Assembly (NCBI RefSeq): GCF_000143415.4
Contig: NW_003314409.1
Span: 1 to 64,000 of the forward strand
Direction of reading: 5' to 3'
Source: Selaginella moellendorffii
Taxonomy: Eukaryota; Plantae; Lycopodiophyta
Length of the DNA stretch: 64,000 nucleotides
A program made the translations under genes and the position numbers. The notes under the pieces are model-generated. The model searched no databases. It was not told where the DNA came from and saw only the letters and a program-made list of their open reading frames with translations. How positions within the stretch are numbered: the first letter of the stretch is position 1; each line of letters starts with the position of its first letter. Below are positions 48,601 to 61,804 of this stretch, piece by piece.

Positions 48601-51600
48601 CTAGATATTCCTTCGCACGAGCCCGTCTCCGGAACCGGGAATCCAATATAGTTTCTACTTCGTACTCAGGTTCACCATCCACAACATCTGGTGGCGGACG
48701 AATCTCCCCTCGACGTGCAACATCCATAGTGTAAGGAGCCAAGAGATTGGCATGAAATACATTATGAACATTGGACATCTCCGCAGGCAGGTCCAACCGA
48801 TAGGATACATCACCAATGCGTTTTAGCACCCGATAGGGTCCAACATATCTCGGCAAGAGCTTCCGAGACAGAGAACCCTTAATGTTCAAGTTTCGGGATG
48901 ATAGCCACACCTGATCTCCCACTTGATAGGATACATCCCGACGATGCTGATCCTTATCACGTCGATACCTATCTTGAGCTTTGCCCATCGCCTCAGTTGC
49001 TCTAGACCAACCTTGACGTAGCTGCTCCGCATAAGTTTCAACGGCCGGGACCAACACTTCAGACATTGGTTTCGGTACAACAATCTGTTGGGGAACCCCA
49101 CGAGCATTCCCTTGCAGCATCTCCCATGGAGAACAGCCTATAGCGCTGTGAAATGTGTTGTTATAACATATTTCTGCTGTATCCAAATGCTCAACCCAGT
49201 CGCGTTGGTCCGCCGCGACATAGTACCGCATATAATCCTCAACTTGAGCATTCACGCGTTCGGTCTGCCCATCAGTCTGAGGATGATAAGCCGTACTAAA
49301 CTTTAACTTGGTACCAAACAACTGGAATAGTCTGCCCCAAAACTTCCCCGTAAACCTCGAATCTCTATCCGAGATCATCTCTTCAGGAAGACCACGAACC
49401 CGCACTACTTCATGGAAAAAGAGCTTTGCTGCTTGTTTCGCATTCACTGTTCCCACAGTTGGAATGAAGTGTGCAATCTTCGACAACCGATCCACAACCA
49501 CCATCAAAGTATCATAACCCTTTGACTTCGGCAAGCAAGTGACGAAATCAAGTGTCACACTTTGAAATGGCCATGCCGGTGCTGGAATGCACTACAACTT
49601 TCCAGCCTGCTTCTCAGCTTTGCGCTTACATTGCTGGTATATAGGGCAGGAACGGACATAGTCCGCTACATCACCCTCCATACCAGACCAGAAAAATCCC
49701 TTTTTCAATGAAGCTAGCGTTTTTCGCTGTCCACCATGTCCCGCGGCTGGAACATCATGATGTTCCCGCAAAAATAACTGCTGCAGATCCTTAGAGGGAA
49801 GATACAATCTTTCTTGCTTATAGAATATAAGCCCATCCCAAACTGAGAAGTGAAGTTTCGCATTAGTGCGACTAGCAACTTTCGCTGCTTCGCTACCAGG
49901 GCTCTGCTTCGACAACTCCGCACGGCGTAAGATTGTCTTCGCCAATGGATCATTTCCATACGAAGCCCGAACATCTTCTAACCAGTCCGAACTGATTGCC
50001 GATATTGCCCGGAATTGAGCTTGACGACTCAACGCATCCGGAACAATATTGTCTTTACCAGGTTTATATATGATTTCAATATCATATCTAGCAAGCTTCT
50101 CTTGCCAACGAGCCTGCTTCGGCGTAAGCTTAGGCTGCGTAGCAAAGTAGCTTAGTGTGTTACTATCTGTATAAACCTTGGTGTGTCCACCCAAGTAGTG
50201 TCTCCAGTGTTCCAGGGCCGACACTATAGCAAACATCTCTTTCTCATGCGTTGGCCATCTTCGTTGGGTTTCATCCAATTTCTTGGAATAGAACGCAACG
50301 GGACAACCATGTCGCCTTAGCGTAACACCAACCGCTTTGTCACAATCTTGCTGTAACACGGCACCAATAGCATATCCAGACGCATCACAATGTACTTCGA
50401 AGGGTTTATCAAGATCTGGGATCCTGAGAACAGGAACCGTAGTCAAGATCTCCTTCAACCGTACAAAAGCACGCTGACAAGCTGGTGTCCAATGAAACGG
50501 AATACTACTCTTCGTCAACTCAGTTAACGGAAGAGCAATCCTTGCAAAATTGCGGACAAACTTGCGATAGTATCCCGCCAAACCGAGAAAGGAACGAACA
50601 TCTGATACAGTGGTCGGGATTTCCCAAGACTTCACCGCTTCCACTTTCTTTGGATCGACTTCAATCACGCCACCACCAACTATATGTCCGAGAAAGTTTA
50701 CACGCAATTGACCAAAAGCGCATTTACTTTCCTTAGCATACAGTTTATGTTCGCGCAACTTCTGAAACACCAGCTCCAAGTGTTTCAAATGATCCTCCAA
50801 CGTTTCGCTGAAGACTAGAACATCGTCGATGTATAGGACAACAAATGCGTCCAAATAATCTCCGAATATTCTATCCATCATAGTGCTGAACGTTGCCGGA
50901 GCATTGCATAACCCGAATGGCATGACAAGAAACTCATAAGATCCGTACCGTGTCTTAAAGGCTGTCTTCTCCACATCCTGATCCGCCGCCCGTATCTGAT
51001 GATACCCGGACCGCAAATCAAGTCGCGTAAAATACTTAGCCTTTAAGAGTTGGTCAAACAAGTCATCAATGCGAGGCAAAGGATAACTATTCTTGACCGT
51101 GATCTTATTGAGTGCCCGATAGTCAATACACATCCTCATGGTTCCATCCTTTTTCATAACAAAAAGGATTGGTGCTCCATAAGGTGACTTGCTGGGTCGG
51201 ATATGACCTTTGTCAAGAAGCTCCGTGAGTTGCTTCTTGAGTTCAGCCATCTCCTTGATGTTCAACCGATATGGAGCTTTCGTAGGTGGTTTAGAACCCG
51301 GAATAACCTCAATCCGATGATCAACCTCACGGCTAGGGGGTAGCCCTGGTGGCAAATCCTTCGGGAAGATATCCTGATTCTGCGCCAACAACTCCAATAT
51401 CTTCTTTGGTACAGGATCAACCCCGTCGCCAATTCGAACAGAGTCACCCACACTCTCCGCTTCCATCACTTGAACCCAAAAGGTCCGACATCCCCTCTTA
51501 GCTGCTTTTTGAGCGGCCCTCGCAGTCAGGAACTTTCCATCCCAATCCTTTGAGGAACACTTTTGCAACTGGAAGGACACATCGGGTCGTCCTTCGGACT

Positions 51601-54600
51601 TCAACGTGATACGACTTTGTCCAGCACCATAAATCCCTTTTATATACTTGTTGAAGAAATCCATACCAAACACCATCTGAAAATCTGGTATCTTCAACAC
51701 TACCAAGTCCACTCTTTCTTTCCACTTGGATATCTTTATTGGAACATCATTCACAAACTTTCTGGCTACTTGCCCACCTTCCGCAAACCGGAAGTGCATA
51801 GGCGACATTTGCTCAGCATTCAATCCTAACAACTTAACTAAGTCTTCGGATATCACGCTGTGCGTAGCTCCCGTGTCAATCATCACTCGGATTCGGTGTC
51901 CACGGACAAAGCCTACTAGATACATCAACGGATCAGTGTTTGCATTGACTGCAAGAAAAGCTTGAGGAAAGCAACGAAAGTTACTCACCTCTTCTTCCTC
52001 ATAGTCTGCATTGACCAACTCGTCAACCCCTTCAGCTTCATCACCACCGCCTTCCCTCATGACATTAACTCGAGACCTTGTCTTATGCTTGTTGGGACAA
52101 TCCGAGGACCTATGTCCTGACTCTCCACAATGGAAGCAATGACCCATACTACCCGTTCCGCTAGGAGCAGGTTTTGCAGGTTGCTGCTGCTTGTACCCAC
52201 CAGGAGGAGGAACAGAGGGCCTAGGACCAGAAGAAGCTGCTGGTGGTCTCCAACCACCACCACCTTTGTTAACCGTTGCTTGTGAGCCTCCAGGGCGGAA
52301 CCTACTCTCCACCCTCTGTTTCCGATCACCTTGTTTATTCCCAGAATTCCTATTCTTGTCCGAGTTACCAGCATACGGTTGCTGATATTGTTCCATGAGT
52401 GAGTGACTAAAGGCAACTTGCTGCGCTGCCTCCTTACACTCCAGATACGTCTTCGGCTTAAACTTCAAAATCTCATTGCGAGAAAGTGAACTTAAACCCT
52501 CCAGAAAATAACTCCGAGCATCTTCGTCACTCATATTTGCAATCATTATGCGCTTCTGAGCAAACGCATTAACGTAATGCATGAGATCCCCTCGCTGCTT
52601 TAACCGCCGCAGCTCCGCGCGAAGTCTTAGACCAAGATCATCCGGCAAATATTCCTTACGGATACGAGACCGCATCTTGGTCCAACTTCTAGTCTGCCCT
52701 TTTTCAGCACACACTTGGCGCCACCAAGTTTTGGCATGATCAGTGAGAAAGGATTGCGCACACGCAACTTTCGTACGATCATCTACGTCTGCCGCTATGA
52801 AGTAGTTCTCCATATCGTAGACCCAGTCTTCCAAAACCTGATAGTCCCGCATGCCTCTGAAGTTGGGTGGTTTTGGGGGCTTGAACTTTGAAACTCGTGC
52901 AACCGGGGGCGGCTGCAGAACTTCATCATCCTCAGAACTCGAAGAGGAGTCCGGTTGCTTAGGCTTAGCTGGTTTAGCTGCCTCAGCCTCTTTCTTCCTC
53001 TTCTTGTTCTCCTTCTTCAATTTGCGAATCTCCTTTCGCAAATTCTTGATCTCGACTTCCTGAGCCGTTCGCTGCAGCGCCGCAGCAACCGGCTCTTCCT
53101 CTTCTGACTCAGCCTCAGCCTCTTCCGCAGCATCTCTAGCAGGAGTTTCCTCCTCTCGATTCGCCCGTCTAGAGGTTTCAGCATCATCAACACGGTTCCG
53201 TTTCACCATCCCGCTAGCTGCATGCATGCCTCTATCAGTAACTGAACATGCATACAACGTTCTTACCGAATGGTGCAATCCAACTAATCCTACACAGGTC
53301 GCTTCGGATCTACTAGAAAAGTCTCTGCGTATGCAACTTGAGTCAGAAAATCCGACAAAAGTTGGATAGGAATCGCTGAGACAATTCCTCTGATACCAAA
53401 TGTAGCGCACCTGAATTTGGAGCCAAACTCCAAGCCCGTTGCGCTACGAAACGAGGGTCCGGTACAATCCCACGAGCACCAGCTCCCCGTATCCAGCACC
53501 TGCACGCAAAATGGTGTCAGACGGAGTCTGGCACAATTTTGGCATACCGGTGGCCTAACGCAAGGAGGAGGGTACTCCACCGACTAGAGCAGCGTGGAGC
53601 TTGGGCTTAGACCCAAGCCGGACGCAGAACAAGGAGCGACACAGCCCAGCGGGAGCCAAACTAATGTCTCAGGTGGTCGGACATGCATTCCAACCACTAT
53701 CCCTACTATACATTTGGAACCCCCCACAGCCCCCCCCCCTTGAGGAACACACGCTTTGGGCTTTCACCCCAAGCCTCCCTTAGTACCAGGAGTTAGTCTC
53801 TGGGACAAGCTCGAAACTTACTAAATATGGAATGGCGCTAGATTGCGAATTTGGGCACGGGACGAACACCATTGTGTTCAGGCTGACCTCTACATTCCGT
53901 AGATATGCCAAATGAGCAAATCTAGACACTTTCCATAAATAGCATTTGGGACCGAAATGAGACTAACACAAAGGGCATGATAGCGAGGGTGTTTGGCAGA
54001 CACGGTAAGCTATCATCCGGCGTTATTGAGGGACTAATCTCAATACGCGAGGGTTCTTGTCACTAGCCAGTGCAAGACATAACGAGACGGGAACTCCTTA
54101 CCGGGCTAAGTATGCTTAGCTAATAGCACGTAGGAATTCCATCCTTATGCTCGTCCGGTCTAAGTACACTCGAAATGCCCAGTTAACTCCACTAGCACAA
54201 GAGGGGCTACTAAAGGGATCCAACTGTACCGATCTCCTGCCGTCATGGCAGTAAGGAAAGAGTGTCCGTAAGGACTAGCCGACAAGTATCTTTCAATACC
54301 CGAAGTCACATTCGCGACACAATGTCTCGTGCAGACCCGATTTGTAGCACGTTTCTTGCTTGACATTCTGCGCGTGGGAGATGTATATGATAGATCGGAG
54401 GGGCGAGTTGCCTTTTATTAGGCGGACAACTCTTGTCTTGAAGACTTTCTTCACCTCCTCGCCCACCATAATATCCACAACTATCTGTTGCATCGCCAAG
54501 CTAGAATGCTGCCCGGAGACGGTATAGAACCGGATGTTCTGATCGTCCAACACCTTCCTATTGATCAAGTCTGGAAACCTCGTCTCGCCCTTCATTGTTC

Positions 54601-55656
54601 GGTAGTAGGGGATCACGTCTGCGATGTCGGGTGTTACTGGACTTGCCAGCATCTTCTGCTTCAGTTTCTCCACCCACTCATCAGATACTAGCCTGTGGTT
54701 GTATTTGCTTTGGATCTCGATACGGCTCACGTCGATTGTATATACTTTGTTGGAATAGTAACAAGTACTATTATCTGCGACGATTTTTGCTGCCTCTTCT
54801 TGCTCTTTCTGCTCTTTGCGGCTCTTCTTTTTGGTGGGTGTAGTGTTCGAACCCGAGGCAATGGCATCACCGAGTAGCTTCTTTTTTGGAGCAGCAGAGT
54901 CGGACGTCGGCTTGAGCTTGACCACCCTTTTCTGCTTCGGGGTAGTTTCCAGATCGACCCCCTTCCCCTTCGCTTTGCAAACTGGAGGCACTCTCAACGG
55001 CTCAATGTTGGAATATAGTTTTTGAACATCGCCGTAGGTGAGGTCCGTGGATTCCATGTGATCTTCATAGACCCGCAGCGTCTTTGAAATTGTGGGCCTC
55101 CTGGACAACCTCTCCCTAGCTCCCTCTAGGAATTCCTCATAGCCGCTGCCCCCCTCCGGGAAGCCGCTAGGATGTGCAAGGTGGATCTTGAAGGCGGACG
55201 CTGTCTCTACCACAAGTGCCAGTCCATATTCTTGCATGGAACTGCATGGAGTGTCTGTCACTTGGATGAGGATCCCCATGCATTCTTTTCTCCCACCATC
55301 TGTGTTGTACAGCATCAGATCCTTGCCTTCCATCCCGAAAGTCCAACTGGTGAGCTCCTCCCCCTTCTCTGCATCCACATTGACAGTGGCTGGAAGAAGA
55401 ACGCAATTCCTCGCCTGTTCAGAAATGCACAACAATTAGAGCTGACAGATGAAAAACTAGCAGCTGGAAATAACGTGAGGCCACACGCCATTCACCACTG
55501 CATCAGATGTCTTGAGGCTGCATCCTAAGATGGCGTGAGGCTACACGCCATCTGTAACCAGACTGCACTCGAGAGCCCAATCGGTGCATGCCAATGTTGC
55601 TACTGAATGGCATGTGGCCTCATGCCATTTTCTACTTGGTCTAAAAGACTTACCAT
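42693..55656 (-). CDS. Predicted 11-exon cargo gene (~1636 aa): ParB-like, N6/N4-MTase-like, acidic, Pro-rich and FCP1/NIF-like HAD regions; disrupted by the chromovirus insertion
   Basis: Manual GT-AG splicing keeps the frame throughout: 55656-55654; 55414-54325 joined to 46966-46878; 46823-45515; 45464-45390; 45333-45262; 45212-45069; 45021-44455; 44397-44383; 44333-44226; 44178-43603; 43555-42693 (sum 4911 nt). The first exon is the least certain. Confidence 0.72.
46967..54319 (-). mobile_element. Young full-length chromovirus (Ty3/gypsy, Tcn1/Galadriel-like)
   Basis: LTRs at 53401-54319 (5') and 46967-47886 (3'), about 4 substitutions plus 1 indel by eye. TG..CA ends. TSD CAATG at 46962-46966 and 54320-54324. 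PBS TGGTATCAGAG (tRNA-iMet) at 53388-53398. PPT AAGGGGGGGAGAG at 47887-47899. Confidence 0.96.
48494..53227 (-). CDS. gag-pol polyprotein with C-terminal chromodomain; single in-frame TAG at 49592-49594
   Basis: [47 protein letters not shown] and [10 protein letters not shown]. Chromodomain [41 protein letters not shown] reads through in frame. Confidence 0.92.
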
Positions 55657-55659
55657 TTG

Positions 55660-58600
55660 AAGCCGAATGGAGGCCGTGACAATCGAGGCCGGACTCGCTG
55701 GCGAATGTGCACTGTGTGTGCAGCGGATCGTAGCAGCAAGGCTACTCTGCCACTTACAGTTGGAGAGTGGTGCTGTAATCTCCCGAGACGCCAAGTGGGC
55801 TGCATGTGGGTGGCGGAGTGGGCGGCGGAGTTGGCGGCGAAGTTACAAACTGGGTGTGTCTTGAAGTGGACGCCGATGCACACGAGTGCGATGCGAGCGC
55901 GAGTGTGATGCAAGCGCGAGTGGACGCCGATGCACACGAGAAACCTGTAGAGAAGTGAGCGTGATCGCGAGTGGGAGCGCGATGCGAGCGGGAGCGCGAG
56001 TGTGATGCGAGCGCGAGCGCGAGTGTGCGAGCGCGAGTACAAAGAAAAATGCAAAACCTAACCTCACACGCGCGAAATGTCACAACGGTTGGTAATCCCG
56101 CCACGTCATCATTCCTCGGACTTGGGCGCCACCATTAATTTCTGGATTGCCGCGCGCATGCAAGCACGCAAAATCCAAAAGAAATCCGCAACGTCATCAT
56201 TCCTCGGACTGCATGCACGCGAAATCCAAAAGAAAGATCATGATTGGGATATCATTTAATACCCTCGCTATATTTATACCATGCATGATTGGATATTCCA
56301 AAGCATCTTGTATTTCCAAAAATGGCAGATGTTCAGCTAAATAAAGAAATTCTATCTGTTTCTATTTTTCTCTCAAATCAATATTATAGCGTGTGGGCTC
56401 ATGCAATTTTGAACCAAAGAAACCCAAAAAACGTTGGACCCAAAATATTTTGAAAAAACCCAAAAAACCCTAAACATTTTAAACCCAAAAATCCAGGCGT
56501 CCTGTGGCGTTATTCCTTGAATGGCGTGTGGGCGCATGCCATTTTCAGGGCCAAATGCTGAATGGAGAAAAATTCCCTTTCAGTGCAAATGCTGCAAGAG
56601 GCAGATGCCGAGCACAAAGGACTGTAACTACCTCACATGACACAGATAAACTTTTCTCTATTTGGCAAAGATAAACTTTATAGCGTGTGGGCTCATGCAA
56701 TTTTGAACCCAAAAAATGCACCAAAAAATTCTCGGCGCCATCTGGCGTTATCTCTTGAATGGCGTGGGGCCGCATGCCATTTTCAGGGGCACATAGGAGT
56801 ATATTCCTAGAATATTCTGACACGCGCGAGATTTTTTTGAGTTTTCTGGAGATCCAACCGTTAGATCGCAACTAAATTTTACAGAATGGTATACAATGTC
56901 TTTCTTGATGACCCTGCAAAGAAGCATCTCAATCGGACACCACATGAGACCACACGAGCCTTACAATGTTTCAGGGGCATTTGCCATAGATCCGACCGTT
57001 ATTTTGCTCCAAGATTTTACAGTTTGGTGTGCATTGACCTTTCCATTGAAACTGCAAAGGGACATCACAATCAGATGCGGGATCACAAGAAACTAACTTT
57101 ACTAACTCTGGTTTCACCAAGATCTACGTAAGGAGTTATGAAATGAAAGGACCCTCTCTATTGAAATGTGTTTATGGTCTTAGGGGCATTGTGACATATC
57201 AAAGGATTTTGCATCAAGTTCTGTATTTGCATGTTTATCAAGCTACTGAATTGCTAAACCCTAAACCCTAAACCCTAAACATGTGGCAAATGCTGCGTGA
57301 AGAAAGATGCCCTTTCTGGGCAAATGCTGTAAGAGGCAGATGCCGAGCAGATGTATCTCAGGCTAGCGAAGGGGACGAACGAAAGCTAGCTATAAACATG
57401 ACGGGATGCAAATAGATTACTAGGCTGGTCCTACGAAAATCAAAAACCATAATTGAAAACATTGAAAATGCAAAAAGAAAGGTTTATAATATTTTTGAAT
57501 TTTAGGCAACCAAAGGAATGTAAGTAGGGCATGTGTTTGTAAGTTTAAAAATGCCTCAACCACTTAAATTCCCAAGTAAATAAAGCTGTTTCTATTTTTG
57601 GTACAGGTAAACTTTATAGCGTGTGGGCTCATGCAATTTTGAACCCAAAAATGCACCAAAAAATGCTCGACTAGCATTATTCTTTGAATGGCGTGTGGCC
57701 TTATGTCGAGCATTATTCTTTGAATGGCGTGTGGCCTTATATTGCCATAAATGGACGTACACACACAGCGTAATTATTCCTTTACACGGCGAATAATCTT
57801 GGCGCAGATCGCTGACATGGCATGGCAAAGTTCGAATCACTGACATGGCACAGCTGGATCGAGGCAAGGACATGATGTGACAAAGTTCAACCTCCGACAG
57901 CAAAGTCTAGAAGCTACTCAGTTTGAAATTTATCAGAGGAATCATAAGATCTGGTTTGTCAGAGGATTTGATGTGACGTTCAAGCGTGTGTTATTTTTGA
58001 ATTCTCGAACTCATTCCTAGGTCTATCATTTTTGTGCGCCGTGTTCTTGGTTCCGCTGAGCGCAGTGAGCGCTGTTTGTGTAAGCGGCGTTGTGGGCTGT
58101 GGTTTATGCGTCTACGAGCGGTTGCGGCATTGCGAGCGCCATTGCGAGCGGCAGTTTATGCGAGTGGCAGTTTGTGCGAGCTGCGCTACGAGCAGTTGCG
58201 GTGTTGCGAGCGGCGCTACGAGTAGTTGCGGTGTTGCGAGCGGCACTGTCTTTGGTGTGGCTACCGCTTCCTCTTGATATTCGGCACTTGTGCTTCCTGG
58301 TATGTTCACCATGGAATGGCTTAGGACCACATTTAGAAATGGCATGAGGCCACATGCCATCTTGGGCCCTTGCAATTTCATGGCTAGCGTATTGTCATGT
58401 ATGTTTTTACTTGCCTGCAGCTGTGTGTATATCAAGATGGCATGAGGCCTCATGCCATCTTTGGCCCCTCCTAGCCTATTGCCATATTCCTTTTGCCTTG
58501 CTGCAACTATATATATTTTTGTATGGGAGGGCTCATGCCAATTTTGTGAATGCGAAATTTCACGTGGGTGTCAATAGCATGTTTGAATAATGGCATGTGG

Positions 58601-58690
58601 CCTCATGCTATTGAGGTTGTTTGGTATGTTATGATTTAGGCCATTCTCCAATCATTTTTTGTATGGTCTTAACTTCTTTTCTGCACTTTC
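55660..58690. promoter_or_regulatory. Divergent intergenic/promoter region of the transposon with CG-rich repeats, ~100-bp direct repeats and a telomere-type tract
   Basis: GCGAGCGCGAGTGTG-type repeats at 55870-56040. Related blocks at ~56355, ~56650 and ~57585. (CCCTAAA)n at 57254-57280. GCGGTGTTGCGAGCGGC repeats at 58120-58245. Confidence 0.5.
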
Positions 58691-58693
58691 AGA

Positions 58694-61600
58694 ATGGCCT
58701 TCAGGGTTGGGGAAAAGGTTTACATTTTGAATGGTGGGAAGAGAGTTGCAAAAGGGACCCTTGTGTCTATGGATCGGAACTTTGTTATACACTGTCAAAG
58801 GCTTGGGGAAGGCAATGCTGCTGTATCAGTAGAGACTGTCTTCGATGGGAATGTGGTCGCTATTGAATGAGGAGAGATGGTCATCGGGGTAAATGTTGTT
58901 GTTGCCTTGAAAAATCTTTAGAAGAAAGCAGATGTTGGGGACAGCGCAAGTGCGACGCATGTTCCCTCCGTGGATCTTAAGAACCGTGCTACATGGATTC
59001 AGGCAAAGGTGTTTCTAAACAACCCCGAGGGGGAGGTGGTAGCTGAGGGCTTAGCCACAGTTGTCGATCCAAGAGATGCGGTTGCTAATCAAGAATTGGG
59101 CTAGGATAATATTGGAGTTGCGATTTTAGAGGTTGTTGACACAGAAGAAAATAGTCTGACTATTGGAAGCATTGTGTGGTGGAAATTGAGGCACTTAGTG
59201 TTTGAGAATGTGAAGGATTCACAATCAAACACCACTACAACTGATGACAGAACATCTCTTCATGGGAAAAGAAAGTACACCTTCCTAAAGCGCAGCCAAA
59301 GGGATCTGAGCAACGAACCGAAAAGGCAGAAAATGGCGATGGAGGTTCGAATGGTCTCAACAGTTGCTTGTTGCAAGAGGAGGTGCTGTCAACATGCTGA
59401 TTGGGATGCTATTGAAGAGGAGAGAGCAAGATACAAGACATTGTCCTGGAAGGCAGCTCGCAATTTTGTGTATGAGGCATTACGGTCATCTGTTGATGCT
59501 TCAGAACATCAGGTGGGGGGCATGGTCTTCCAGAGGGGTTTGGTCTGCATGAAGGCATGGAGAATCATTTATGGAGTCCCTCGAACCACATTCTACAGAA
59601 TCAAAACTGAGTTCGAGGAACAAAGGGTTCAACAGGCAGTCCATGGGAACGACGGTACGCACAAAACCAGGGGTCATGTTGTATATGGAGAGGCAATCTT
59701 CAAGAGGTTTGTCGAGATATGTAGCGAGCAGCAACCACATAAAACCCGCCTCTTGGAAGATGGAACACGAGACACCCAACGAGTTCTCCCTTCCATGTAT
59801 ACCAAGGGGGCTATATTGGAAGATGTGAATCGGGAACTCCAGAGTAATGGCTACAGGAAGCTGAGCCAATCTAGATTTAGTAGATTGTGGAGCAACAGGT
59901 TCAGGGATGTGAGTATAGGAAAGTACTCCAGCTTTTCAAAGTGTGACGAGTGCACTGCTATCAAAATGGCTTTGTCGAAGAATTCTTGCAGCACTCAAGA
60001 GCGAGAGACGTTGGTTAGAAGGCGGCTCGACCACAACATCGAGCAGAGAAGCTGCAGGACTGCATATTATCATAACAGGATTCTCTCCATGGAGAGACCT
60101 GACTCTTACCTCTGCATCATCCACGACAAAATGGACCAGAAAAAGACGTGCTTACCTCGACTCAATCCTGCCCCCAAAGCAATCTCTTCATCCATGCAGC
60201 TGCCTGTGTCTCTGTTTGGCATAATCGCTCATGGGCATGGTGCCCAGAACTATGGGAACTTCTTTGTACCTCTATGGGGTGGCGGGGGTGCAAACATGAT
60301 GATTGCGTCCCTAGCAAAACACTTAAGGTCTCTGCAAAGTGCGCAGACTGAGCTGAACGGCCAACCCTTGCATAAGGCCTTTATCGATCGAACCCCATAC
60401 AGGGTTCAGCTGGAGGAGGAGCAAAGGCTTGCAGTATCGCGTGGGGCCCCATGCCATCCCAGTGAATATGTTGGCCGTCAGATTGTAGGGTTATCACGTG
60501 AGGCCTCATGCCATTCCGACGAGGCTGGTCGCCCGGTGAATGCACAGCCTCATCCAAACGAAGCAGAATCTCAAGGAAGTTCTTGCGGCCGATGTGGCCT
60601 TCCACCCCATCTTCTGCTCCAAACAGACAATGCTGGCAGTGAGAACAAAAACATGTACGTCTTCGCGTACTTGGCGATGCTTGTTGCCAAAGGCATATTT
60701 GAAACGGTTACACTTGGCTTTCTCATGGTTGGGCACACTCATGAAGACGTCGATGCCATGTTCAGTCACCTGGCAGAGTCCCTCCGGCGATCTAATGTCC
60801 TCACCCTCCCACAACTCTACGATGAATTCCAAAATTGCATCAAAGGCACTGTTGAAGCTGCACTTCTGACAGAGGTTCCAGACTTTAAGGGGTTTGTAAG
60901 AGGCTACATCAGGGACGGATCCGAAACGCTGATTGGCCACTCCAAGCCTCTTCAGTTTCATTTCAGCATGTGTGACGGTGCTCCAGTGATGAGGTACAAG
61001 ATGAGAGAATGGGACACAGTGTGGCTGCCAGTGGACGGCATTGAACTCTTCAAGAGAGATCCCATAACTGGGGAACCTATGATTCCTCAGGGTTCCCCAC
61101 GGCCGATGCACCCGGATGGACTCAAAGACCAGGAAAGTATAGTGGCCGGGATTAGACAGCATATTGCCTTCTGGAAGAGGGGGTTGGTGTTTGGTGGAGA
61201 ATCCTATTTTCAGAGGTGCAAGCCTTTGCTCGAATACTGGGAGAAGATTATATCTGCTATCCAAAATGGGCCGGTTGTATATGAAGAATTGGAAGAATCC
61301 TTTTGGCCAGAACCCAGAGCACCAGATAGTAGCGGAACAATGTCCTCTGGAAATGCAGTGACAGATAACGATGTTGAGGATCACTATTGTGGGCCGAGGA
61401 ACAAGAAGCCGGATTCAGCATTCAATCCAGTACAGGTCTGCAAAGGAATGGTCGTGCTTGTCAGACCCAGTAATAAAAAACAAATGATATGGGTGGGGCG
61501 CTACATCACTGATGCAGAGGAGGACGCGGAAACTAACTCCTTCAATGTAACTGTGGAGTGGTTCAAGCCAAGTTCCGGATATACGAACGATTGCCTAGAA

Positions 61601-61804
61601 AAGAGATGGGTGCTGAATCCAAGGGATCCCAGCATGAGCATATCGGTGGATAATGTTGTGCATGGTTGGATGCGGAAGCAGAGTGCCACCATCACCTTGC
61701 CAGACCATGCAAGAGATGCAGCAAGAGCATTCATAACCCGGGTTCAAGGTGAGATTCATGAATATTCCTTTACTAAGTTTCTAATGTATTTTATTTCAAG
61801 GTGA
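58694..61804 (+). CDS. Sola1-like DDE transposase; the 5' 160 codons carry three in-frame stops
   Basis: CCKRRC, VCMKAWRIIYG, FSKCDEC, IIHDKMDQ, LLLQTDNAGSENKN and FLMVGHTHEDVDAMFS. ATG 58694 is in frame with ORF 59174-61804, with stops at 58868, 58919 and 59102. Confidence 0.82.

Noticed and set aside
49592-49594. Programmed readthrough at the TAG in the chromovirus polyprotein
   Set aside because: The stop lies inside integrase rather than at the gag/pol border. A CAG-to-TAG mutation is simpler.
60506-61384. 292-aa antisense ORF (mirror at 21414-22292)
   Set aside because: Shadow of the transposase. Its presence in both copies only reflects their near identity.
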